A DNA stretch of 64,000 bases from an uncultured Acidobacteriota bacterium. Lineage in GTDB: Bacteria > Acidobacteriota > JAQAZP01. A model generated the notes under the pieces. It was not told where the DNA came from and made no database searches. It was given only the letters and a program-made list of their open reading frames with translations. Both the position numbers and the translations under genes were made by a program. Every line of letters begins with the position of its first letter. Positions within the stretch are counted from its first letter, which is position 1. Of the stretch, positions 29,097 through 38,382 are shown in pieces. The DNA is taken from the NCBI GenBank assembly GCA_963836075.1, contig CAWIIB010000001.1:1376001-1440000 (forward strand). The letters run 5' to 3'.

Positions 29097-30815
29097 ATGG
29101 CGCAAACTCTGGATCGCAGCGACCTCGAGCAACTTCTGCGCCGCATCGACGGCCGGGGCTACCGGGCCTACAAGGACCTGGAAGGGAGCTGGCTGCTCAC
29201 CCCGGGCCTGCTGCTGCACATCGACCACGTGCAGGGGGATCCCTTTGCCGCCCCGTCACGTCTGCGCCTGGAACTCCCCCAGACCCGCGCCCTGTTTCCT
29301 GAACAGCTGTACGGACATCCGGACCGGCGCCGGGGGCTGGAGGATTTTGTCGGAAGGGCCGCCTCGGCTGCCGCCGGGCGTGTCCGTTCCGGGCAGGGCA
29401 GCGGCAGGAGCGGACGGGTGGAAGTGGATTGCGGCGGACAGGAGATCCTTTGGCGCAGCACGGTGAACATCGATGCACAACGGGTGGAACTGCGGTTCAC
29501 CGCTGGCCTGCCGGCCGCCGGCCGCCGGATTCTGGGCCGCCAGGCCGCGGAACTGCTGCTTGATGAACTGCCGCTGCTGGCCGACCGTGCCCTGCATCTG
29601 GAAGCTCTGGACCTTACGGTGCTGGAGGCGCACTGCCGGGCCGCTGAGGACCAGCAGGCGCTGCGGCGGCAGCTGGACCGGATGGGCCTGGTGGCCTTTG
29701 TGGCCGACGGGTCGACGCTGCCCCGGCACAGCGGTGTGGACGACCGGCCGCTGGACCATGAGGTGGTCCCCCTGGCCAGCCCCGGCAGCCTGCAGGTGGA
29801 GCTGGACCTGCCCCACGCCGGCCGGGTCAGCGGCATGGGTATCCCGGCCGGGGTTACTCTCATCGTGGGGGGCGGCTTCCACGGCAAGTCCACCCTGCTC
29901 CAGGCACTGGAACGATCGGTCTACGACCACCTGCCGGGCGACGGCCGAGAGCTCTGCGCCACCATCCCCTCGGCGGTGAAGATCCGCGCCGAGGACGGCC
30001 GGCGCATCGAACGGGTCAACATTTCACCGTTTATCGGCAGGCTGCCCCTGGGCCGCGACACCGCCGCCTTTTCCACCGACAACGCCAGCGGCTCCACCTC
30101 CCAGGCGGCCAACATCATCGAAGCGCTGGAGATGGGCGCCCGGCTGCTGCTGCTGGACGAGGACACCTGTGCCACCAACTTCATGATCCGCGACGAGCGG
30201 ATGCAGGCGCTGGTAGCCCGGGAGAAGGAGCCGATCACCCCCTTCCTGGACAAGGTGCGCCAGCTCTACGAGCAGCTGCGTGTCTCCACCATCCTGGTGA
30301 TGGGCGGTTCCGGCGACTACTTCGAGGCGGCGGACCTGGTGCTGATGATGGACGGCTACATTCCCCGCGACGTCACTGCCGGGGCCCGGGCGGTGGCCGA
30401 GCAATTCGGCCGGCGCCGGCGGCACGAGGGGGGTGAGCGGTTTGGCACCGCCACCCCGCGGCGCCCCGACCGGGGGAGCTTCGACGCCGCCCGGGGCCGG
30501 CGGGCGGTGAAGATCGACGTCAAGGGGCTGCGCACCGTTCTCTACGGCACCACCCGGATGGACCTGACCTGCCTCGAGCAGCTGGTGGACCCGGCCCAGA
30601 CCCGGGCGCTGGCCAGAATCATCCATCTCTATGAAACGCGATACTGTGGCCGGGGAGAGAGTATCGGGGAGGAGCTGGAAACGCTCTTTGCCGACCTGGA
30701 GCGGGAGGGGTTCAACCTGATCTCGCCGCGGATGGAAGGAGGCCTGGCCCTGCCCCGGATCCAGGAGGTGATGATGGCCATCAACCGGATGCGGAGCCTG
30801 AAGGTCCTGACGTGA
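29097..30815 (+). CDS. ABC-class ATPase domain protein (COG3044-like)
   Basis: HVQGDPFAAPS, Walker A GGGFHGKST, RAEDGR, ASGSTSQAA, Walker B LLLDED. Confidence 0.88.
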   Translation: MAQTLDRSDLEQLLRRIDGRGYRAYKDLEGSWLLTPGLLLHIDHVQGDPFAAPSRLRLELPQTRALFPEQLYGHPDRRRGLEDFVGRAASAAAGRVRSGQGSGRSGRVEVDCGGQEILWRSTVNIDAQRVELRFTAGLPAAGRRILGRQAAELLLDELPLLADRALHLEALDLTVLEAHCRAAEDQQALRRQLDRMGLVAFVADGSTLPRHSGVDDRPLDHEVVPLASPGSLQVELDLPHAGRVSGMGIPAGVTLIVGGGFHGKSTLLQALERSVYDHLPGDGRELCATIPSAVKIRAEDGRRIERVNISPFIGRLPLGRDTAAFSTDNASGSTSQAANIIEALEMGARLLLLDEDTCATNFMIRDERMQALVAREKEPITPFLDKVRQLYEQLRVSTILVMGGSGDYFEAADLVLMMDGYIPRDVTAGARAVAEQFGRRRRHEGGERFGTATPRRPDRGSFDAARGRRAVKIDVKGLRTVLYGTTRMDLTCLEQLVDPAQTRALARIIHLYETRYCGRGESIGEELETLFADLEREGFNLISPRMEGGLALPRIQEVMMAINRMRSLKVLT

Positions 30816-32790
30816 CCGAGACCCAGACCGGGCTGCTCCAGGCCTGCTCGCCGTCCACCAGCGTCACGCGTAGGTAGTAGTAGTCGCCGTCCTGTGCCGG
30901 GGTCTCGTCCACCGCGGCGAAGCGCCTGAGCAGTTCACCTTCGCCCCGCTCGGCATACATCACCTGGTTGTTCTTCAGGACCTCAACACTCTCCACACCA
31001 GCGGTGCCCACGGCCAGGCCCATGATCAGCCGCGGCTCGCCGGGGTCGCTCACTTCGATCTCGCCGCCCATCATCTGGCCGTTGACCAGGAAGTTGACCA
31101 CGATCCGCTGGCCGGCGGTGGCAAAGACCCTCCGGGAGTGCAGCGCCTCCCAGATCTCCTCGCGGGTCAGCCCGGTGGCATAGATTCCTGCCAGGCCGTG
31201 AGTGGCCGCCGACACGTCCCGGGTGCCGGGATGGCTGTTGTGACTGTCTCCGGAGCCGATCATGCCCAGGCGGTAGCCGCGGGCCAGGGCGTCCTGGGCA
31301 AAGGCGCCTTCCACCGGGCGGTAAACCGAACGGGGCCCGCCGTAATATTCGGAGATGCCGTGGATCGAGGCTATCTCCACCAGTCGCTCCAACTCCGGGT
31401 CGTGGTGGTTCCAGTCGCAGGGGATGGGTCCGCCGCCCACGTGGTGGCTGAGGGTCATGGCCGTTTTGCCGCGAAGGTGGCCCCACAGTTCCTCCGGCTC
31501 GTCGCTGTCCGGGTCGCGGAAACTGAAGATGGCCGCTTCTTCGGGGTGGCGGAAGAGCACGTGCTTGTGGCCGTAGGTCCAGCTGGTCCACTCGTAGCCC
31601 GGAAAGGTGATGAAGCGGCCCGGCTGGTTGAACGACTCGGTGGTCCGCCTGATCTGTTCGAAGAGCGCCGGGGTGGTGTCCAGGGGCAGGATGCCGTGAC
31701 CGTCGTGGTCGGTGAGCACCGAGACGTGGAGGCCGGCCACGTCGCGGGCGTAAGCGTAGTAGTCATCCGGCGAGCCGGAACCGTCGCTGAAGCGGGAGTG
31801 GCCATGAAGGTCGCCCCAGTAGAGGTGGTATTCGTTGAGCATCCCGCCGCAAAAGATGGTGTTGCTCCGCCCCTCGCCCAGCCGGCCGTCCGGGTCCCGG
31901 GCGGTCACCTGGTAGAGCCCCTCCTCCACCGCCCGGAGGGTGAAGGCCCGCGCCCCGGCCTCGTCAGCGGTATACGGGCCCTCGGGGCCGGCCACCAGTT
32001 GCAGGCCCGGGGGCAGCTCCAGTTCCACCCGGCCGCGGAAGTGCGCCACGCGGTTCCAGACCCGGTCCAGGGCCGAGACGGTAACCCGCACGGTCCCGCC
32101 CTTCTCCACCCAGGATTCGGCGGTGACGAAAAAGCCCACCGGGTTCCCGGCGGCCACATCCACCGTGGGATGCTGGGCGATGAGCGAGAAATACTCGTCG
32201 CCGTCGCCGTCCACCTTGATGAAGAAGGTCTCGCCATGTTCGGCGTAGCGGTCGGCGATGGCCGCCCCGCCGGGACTGGACCCGCCGCCGGTGTCACCGT
32301 AGACGAAAGTGATGGTCTCCCCCGCGTTCAGCGCCCTGCCCCTCACCCGGGCCACCATGAACGGGTGCTGCCCGGTGGACAGTTCCAGACGAACGCCGGG
32401 GTCGGAGCAGGTGACCGTGGTATAGCCGGGATACTCGGGGAAGCGGTCCTGGGGCGGCGACCACTGCCAGAAGGGTGAGACCTGGAGCACCACACCCCCG
32501 CCCTCGGCGATTCCCTGGTCTGCCGCGGTGTAGGTGATGGTCCATGTGCCGGGCGAACCGGCCACCGCCGGCCCGGACGCCTCCAGAGCGGCCGTCCCCT
32601 GGCCGTCGGAGGGGGACGGCTCGCCCACCGGCTCCGCCATGTCGCCGTGATCCTCGTATTCCCCCGGCTCGCGAAGAGCCGCGTCTTCCCCACCGGGGCC
32701 GCTGCAGGTCCAGGCACCGAGCAGCAGGGCCAGCAGGCACAGTATGGTCAAGCCCGGCCAGGTCTCCGTTCTGTTCAGGTTCTTCCTCAT
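30781..32790 (-). CDS. CehA/McbA-like (DUF3604/PHP) metallohydrolase, probable lipoprotein
   Basis: Signal ending LGAWTC; WGDLHGHS..SDG, TDHD, GYEWT, GHKHV, SGDSH, YYYLRV...AWSSPVW. Confidence 0.82.
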   Translation of the reverse strand: MRKNLNRTETWPGLTILCLLALLLGAWTCSGPGGEDAALREPGEYEDHGDMAEPVGEPSPSDGQGTAALEASGPAVAGSPGTWTITYTAADQGIAEGGGVVLQVSPFWQWSPPQDRFPEYPGYTTVTCSDPGVRLELSTGQHPFMVARVRGRALNAGETITFVYGDTGGGSSPGGAAIADRYAEHGETFFIKVDGDGDEYFSLIAQHPTVDVAAGNPVGFFVTAESWVEKGGTVRVTVSALDRVWNRVAHFRGRVELELPPGLQLVAGPEGPYTADEAGARAFTLRAVEEGLYQVTARDPDGRLGEGRSNTIFCGGMLNEYHLYWGDLHGHSRFSDGSGSPDDYYAYARDVAGLHVSVLTDHDGHGILPLDTTPALFEQIRRTTESFNQPGRFITFPGYEWTSWTYGHKHVLFRHPEEAAIFSFRDPDSDEPEELWGHLRGKTAMTLSHHVGGGPIPCDWNHHDPELERLVEIASIHGISEYYGGPRSVYRPVEGAFAQDALARGYRLGMIGSGDSHNSHPGTRDVSAATHGLAGIYATGLTREEIWEALHSRRVFATAGQRIVVNFLVNGQMMGGEIEVSDPGEPRLIMGLAVGTAGVESVEVLKNNQVMYAERGEGELLRRFAAVDETPAQDGDYYYLRVTLVDGEQAWSSPVWVSVTSGPSGSASG

Positions 32791-32983
32791 TCGAGCTCCA
32801 GGTTCACAGTATGCCGGGGATGCCCCCTGTCCGCCGCGACCCATCATGTTTGCACCGGGCAGGTGCCGAGTCAAGGGAAAGATCAGGTCAGGGAGATCCC
32901 GGCCTTTTCCGTTCACCGGCAAAGCGGTACAATGGTTGGTCAGCGTCGCCGGAGTAAACGGCCGCTCGCCTGGAGAGAAAGTG

Positions 32984-33842
32984 ATGCCCGCCACCGAAAA
33001 GCTGATCCGCACCGCGGAGGGAAAGGCGCAGCTCCGCCTGGTCAACGGCGACTGCCTCGCCGGGATGGGCAACCTGGAACACGGTTCGGTGGACGTGGTG
33101 GTCACCTCGCCGCCCTACAACCTGGGGATCAAGTACCGAGGAATACGACGACGGCGGTTCGCGGTCCGACTACCTCCGGTGGACCGGCCGCTGGTTCGCG
33201 GCGGTGAAGCGGCTGCTGGGCCATCAGGGCTCCTTCTTTCTCAACGTCGGTTCCCGTCCCCGCGATCCCTGGGTGCCCTTCGAGGTGCTGGGTGTGGCCC
33301 GCGAGCATTTCCGGTTGCAGAACGTCTTCCACTGGGTCAAGTCGATCTCGGTGCTCAAGGAGGATGCGGGCCGCTACCCGGCAATCACCGACGATGTGGT
33401 GGTGGGGCACTACAAACCGATCAATTCCAAACGATTTGTCAATGACTGTCACGAATACATCTTCCACCTGACCCAAAACGGGGACGTGCCGCTGGACCGC
33501 CTGGCCCTGGGGGTGCCCTACCAGGACAAGAGCAATGTCACCCGCTGGGCCGCCGCCGGGGGTCGCGACCTGCACTGCCGGGGAAACACCTGGTTCATCC
33601 CCTACGAGACAATCACCCGCCGGTCCAAGGATCGGCCCCATCCGGCCACCTTTCCACCACGGCTGCCCGAGATGTGCCTGCGGATCCACGGGCTGGAACG
33701 TCTGGGGCTGGTACTCGACCCCTTCATGGGCCTGGGCAGCACCGGTACAGCCTGCCGCAGGCTGGGCAAGAACTTCGTCGGCTTCGAGAAGGTGACGCCC
33801 TACTTCCTGGAAGCGGCACGGCGCCTGGAGAACGGGATATGA
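32984..33842 (+). CDS. Orphan beta-class amino (N4-C/N6-A) DNA methyltransferase; +1 frameshift near 33137
   Basis: NGDCL, TSPPYN (motif IV) before HPATFP and LDPFMGLGST (motif I); frame rejoins at EEYDDG...YLRW. Confidence 0.88.
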
Positions 33843-34483
33843 CCGGGTCAGACACCACACCCCGGTATCGAATGCAGGAATTCTATGGCCGGGCGCTGTG
33901 GCTGATCTACCGGCTCTACTCCGCCACCTTCCGTTACCGCCTGCACGCCGATCCCGCAGACATGGAAGCCGCCCTGGCCGATCTGAACGACCGGGCACCC
34001 AAACCGGGAAACAACTACATCTATGCCTTCTGGCACCAGGACGAGCTGGCGCTGCTGCCCTATTTCCGCAACCGGGACATCGTGGCCATGGTTTCCGACT
34101 CCCGGGACGGGACCATCATGGCCACCGCCCTGGAGTGCTTCGGCTACCTGACCACCCGCGGCTCGTCCACCAGGGGCGCGGTCAGGGGATTCATCGCCTC
34201 GATCCGCATGATCAAAAAGGGCTACAAATTCACGATGGCGGTGGATGGCCCGAAAGGTCCGATCTACAAGACCAAGGAGGGGATCATCCGCCTCTCGCAA
34301 AAGTCGGGGCGTCCCATTTACCCCATGCGCGCCTGGCCCGAGCGCTACTTCACCTTCAGAAAGGCCTGGAACCAGGCCAAACTCCCCCTGCCCTTCACCA
34401 GGGTTCACATCGTGGTGGGCAAGGCCGCCATGTACTCCCGCGAGGAAATGGACGACGCACTGAACGCGCTGGTCAACAGGTGA
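33839..34483 (+). CDS. DUF374 / lysophospholipid acyltransferase-like protein
   Basis: ATGA overlap; AFWHQ, VSDSRDG, RGSS.RG, DGPKGP, LPLPF. Confidence 0.85.
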   Translation: MTGSDTTPRYRMQEFYGRALWLIYRLYSATFRYRLHADPADMEAALADLNDRAPKPGNNYIYAFWHQDELALLPYFRNRDIVAMVSDSRDGTIMATALECFGYLTTRGSSTRGAVRGFIASIRMIKKGYKFTMAVDGPKGPIYKTKEGIIRLSQKSGRPIYPMRAWPERYFTFRKAWNQAKLPLPFTRVHIVVGKAAMYSREEMDDALNALVNR

Positions 34484-34493
34484 CTGTCACCTT

Positions 34494-35744
34494 TTAGAAG
34501 ATCCCCAGCATGCCGACGACGCAGCCGGTCATCATGGTGGCCAGGGTGCCGGCGACGATTGAACGCAGACCCAGGTCCACCACCTCGCCGCGGCGCTCAG
34601 GGGAGATGGCGCCCATCCCGCCGATCATGATCCCCACCGAGCCGAAGTTGGCAAAGCCGCACATGGCGTAGATCATGATCAGCCGGCTGCGCGGGGAAAG
34701 AGCGCCCTCGGGCAGGTTGGCCAGTTGGATGTAAGCCAGCATCTCGTTGAGCACCACCTTGGTCCCCATCAGCGAACCGGCCACCCGGGCTTCGGACCAG
34801 TCAACACCCATCAGCCAGACCAGGGGCGCCATGAGCCAGCCCAACAGCCGCTCCATGCTCACCGCTTCGCCGCCCCAGTGGGGCAGCAGGCCGAGACCGG
34901 CGTTGACCAGGAAGACCAGGGCGACAAAGACCACCAGCATGGCCACGATGTTGAGCAGCAGTTCCAGGCCCTGGAGGGTGCCGCGGGTGACGGCATCCAT
35001 GGAGCTGCGGGTCTCCGGCCTGATGTTGAAGTCGCCCTCCCGGGGAGTGCCGGACTCGGGGATCATCAGCTTGGCCACGGTGATGGCCGCCGGGGCACTG
35101 ATCACCGAGGCCACCAGCAGGTGGCCCAGCACACCATCGATGACGCCGCCGAGGATGTTGGCGTAGAGCACCATCATCGTCCCGGCAATGGTGGCCATGC
35201 CGCCGGCCATGATGGTGAACAGTTCGCTGCGGGTCAGGCCGGCGAAGTAGAGGCGGATGAAGAGAGGGGCCTCGATCATCCCCACAAAGATGTTGGCCGA
35301 AGTGCCAAGGGACTCACAGCCGCTGATCCCCATGGTCTTGCGCAGGACAAAGGAGAATGCGCCGACCACCCGCTGGAGGATGCCCCAGTGGAAAAGCAGT
35401 GCGGTGAGGGCCGACATCAGCAGCAGCAACGGCAGGCCGCGGCAGGCGAGGACGTAGGAGGCACCGGGGGACAATTCCTCAAACGGGAGGTCGGCGCCGC
35501 CAAGGAAACCAAAGACAAATGACGTCCCGGCCCTGGTGGCGTCCTCCAGCAAGGTCACCAGCCGGTTGAGCAGATGGAAAAAGGCCCGGCTTCCCGGGGA
35601 GCGGATAAAGAGCAGACCAAAAGCCAGTTGGAGCAGGACACCGGCGATCACCGGCCTCAGCCGGACCTTGCGCCGCGCTTCCGAAAAGAGCCAGGCCAGA
35701 CCCAACAGGACGAGGAGACCGAAGGCGCTCTGCAGACGTTCCAT
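34494..35744 (-). CDS. Concentrative nucleoside transporter (NupC/CNT family)
   Basis: ANIFVGMIEAP, GMATIAG, KVVLNE, CGFANFGS. Confidence 0.93.
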   Translation of the reverse strand: MERLQSAFGLLVLLGLAWLFSEARRKVRLRPVIAGVLLQLAFGLLFIRSPGSRAFFHLLNRLVTLLEDATRAGTSFVFGFLGGADLPFEELSPGASYVLACRGLPLLLLMSALTALLFHWGILQRVVGAFSFVLRKTMGISGCESLGTSANIFVGMIEAPLFIRLYFAGLTRSELFTIMAGGMATIAGTMMVLYANILGGVIDGVLGHLLVASVISAPAAITVAKLMIPESGTPREGDFNIRPETRSSMDAVTRGTLQGLELLLNIVAMLVVFVALVFLVNAGLGLLPHWGGEAVSMERLLGWLMAPLVWLMGVDWSEARVAGSLMGTKVVLNEMLAYIQLANLPEGALSPRSRLIMIYAMCGFANFGSVGIMIGGMGAISPERRGEVVDLGLRSIVAGTLATMMTGCVVGMLGIF

Positions 35745-35777
35745 TTTGACGCCCTATAAAAAGGTCAGAAGTGGTTT

Positions 35778-36131
35778 CTAGTCCAGGTCGATTTCCCGGA
35801 TAGGCCGACCGGTGTCCTTCTCCTTTGCCGCCCGTTTCTGCGCCTCTCGGAATTTGCGGTCGAGGATGTCGGACCGGTTTTTTCGCTCTTCCATTGCCTT
35901 GGCAAACTTCCGACCGGCGGTTTCCCTCCCCTGGCGGAGACTGCTGGCCAAGTCGTCAAGCGAGGCCTTCTTGCCCGAGGGCGCCTGCTTCTTGTGGCTC
36001 AGAACTGCGCCGGTGGCCAGGTCCACGGTCATCAGGGCCCCGCACTCGACACAGATCACGTCGAGGGTCGCCGGGGCCTCTTCCCTGGTGGTCGTCACTT
36101 TTCTATCCTGATCCGGTTTGTCCATTTTCAT
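35778..36131 (-). CDS. Small hypothetical protein with CxxC (Zn-ribbon-like) and basic helical tail
   Basis: VICVECGA..VD..TG.VL; GGAG upstream; coding-like composition. Confidence 0.65.
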   Translation of the reverse strand: MKMDKPDQDRKVTTTREEAPATLDVICVECGALMTVDLATGAVLSHKKQAPSGKKASLDDLASSLRQGRETAGRKFAKAMEERKNRSDILDRKFREAQKRAAKEKDTGRPIREIDLD

Positions 36132-36371
36132 GTCACTCCATGATCCGTAAGCTCCGGAAACCAGCCGGGGGAATGATACCCCATCGATGGGCCCCGTTCC
36201 ATGGAAGGTCCCTCCGGCTGGCACCGAGCGGCCTAACCTGTTTCCGTACAGGGGGATCGCCGGCCCGTCTTCCTGCTTGCGCGGACCGGCCGGAAAGACT
36301 AGAATTCGCTCTTGCAAATCGCCGGGACACCCCGGGAAAGGTATGGAGCACGGAAACCCAGAGGATGAGAC

Positions 36372-38243
36372 GTGAGCAAGGATATCTACAACGTCGGGGC
36401 ATATGAGAAGTTTGCCCGCGAACTGGTCCGGGCCCTGGAAGGGCCGAACATCAAGCGGGTGAGCCTGCGCAAACTTCGAGGCAAGGCGCGCAAGACCGGA
36501 ATGAAGACCATTTTCGGCTCCTACGGCTGGCGCTCAGCCACCTCGAGCCGCATCGGGCCCCGCACAGTCTACCTTGGTGGACCGTCGGTCCGTCTGACCC
36601 GTCCCTCCGACCTGCACAATGAGCTGATCGCCAACTCCCCGGACGAATTGGAGCGGGTGCTGCACGTGATCCGCACCTTCCCCTTCTACCATCTGGAGCG
36701 CCAGATGGGTCTCAACGACCGGTTCAATCCCGCTGTAACCTCTACATGTCCGTCGCCGACCTGAAGAACTGCCGGCTTGCCTTACATGTGGGGCAACACC
36801 CTCGGCGACCCGCAGAGCCTGAAGAAACACCCCGGTCCCCGAGTTCACCATGATCCACATCCCGGAAGAGCATAAGATCCGGCAGCAGGTGCTGGCTATG
36901 CCCGAACTGAACATCAACATCGCCCTGGGCACCGACTACATGGGCGAGGACAAGAAGGGCTTCCTGCGCCAGGCGATGTACTACGCCGACAAGGAGGGCA
37001 TGCTCGGCCTCCACGCCGGGACCAAGATCGTCCACGCGCGTGGACGCGACAAGCGGCAAGCTGAAGAAATACGGCGTCTTCCTCTTCGGCCTCACGGCCA
37101 CCGGCAAGTCCACCTGGTCCTGCCACCAGCTGGGCCTCGACTACGGAAAGGGCGAGGAGACCGAGGTGGCCCAGGACGACATCGTCTTCCTCTGCGCGCG
37201 ACGGCTCCTCACTGGGCAGCGAAAGCGGGTTCTTCGTCAAGACCGACGTGGACGAAGCGCTGCAGGAGGCGATGTACAACGCGCTGATCGACAAGACGGC
37301 GCTGATGGAGAACGTGATGATCGACTCGGCGGGCCGTCCCGACTTCCTCGACGAGACGCTCTGCGCCAACGGCCGGGCGGTGATCCAGAAGAGCAGGTTG
37401 ATGGTGGAACGGCGGGGCCGGCTAAGGCCCATCGCATCCAAGGGCCTGAACACCCCGCCGCTGGACGAGGTGGACGGCATCATCTTCGCCTTCATCACCC
37501 GGCGCAACACCATCATGTCCTTCGCCCAGCGCCTGACCCCCGAGCAGGCGGTGCTGGCCTACCTCTGGGGCGAGTCGACCCACAGCTACGCCAGCCAGCC
37601 GTCCAAGGCCGGCGAGTCGGTGCGCACCGTGGGCACCGATCCGTTCATCGTCGGGTCCCGGGGGCACAAGGTGAACCACTTCCGCGACATCATCATGGAG
37701 TTGACGGAACAGTACCCCGGCAAGGTGAGCTTCTTCCAGTACAACACCGGCGGCATGGGCGAGATCATCGAAACGATCAACGAGGGCGGCGTAAAGAAGA
37801 AGAACATGATCCGCAAGGTGGAGCGGGTGCCGATCGACCTGATGGCCGCCATCCAGCGCGGCGACGTCAGGGGCACCAACAGTTACGAGATGGGCCCCCT
37901 GGGGGTGGAGCGGATCGTCAAGTGCATCGACGGTGACCTCGGCCCGTTCAACCCGGACAAGTTTTACTCTCCGGAACAGATTGACAGCTACATTAAGGAT
38001 CTGGTGGAGGGGCGCCGGCGATTCACTGAAGAGGTGGCCGAAGAGGGGCTGGCCACCGAAATCCTGCAGACCGCGGAAGAGTCATACCGCATCAGCCCTG
38101 ACGATCACTCCCGGGTCTTTGTCCGCCGGGCGGAAACACCTGACCCGAAGGCCGGCGAAGACACGTCCGCCGACAACGTGTTCAAGCCCTGGCGGCCGAG
38201 GGAGCGTCAGGGCAACAGCCGCACCGGGTGGCGTTACGGCTGA
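36372..38243 (+). CDS. Divergent ATP-type phosphoenolpyruvate carboxykinase-like protein, about five frameshifts
   Basis: Across frames: GTDYMGEDKKG, GLHAG, FGLTATGKST, QDD, GSESGFFVKT, MENV, NGRA, GES, DPF, YNTG. Confidence 0.75.
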
Positions 38244-38382
38244 GTCGCCTGGTACCGATCCGCCGAATTTCCTAATGGCCTAATCCCGCTGAATCGATGA
38301 GAAACAGAACGCGCCAGGTGCGCAGGCGGAAATAGCGCGCCCGCGCGCCGACCCGGGCAGTTGCGAAACCGGATGAGGGAAG

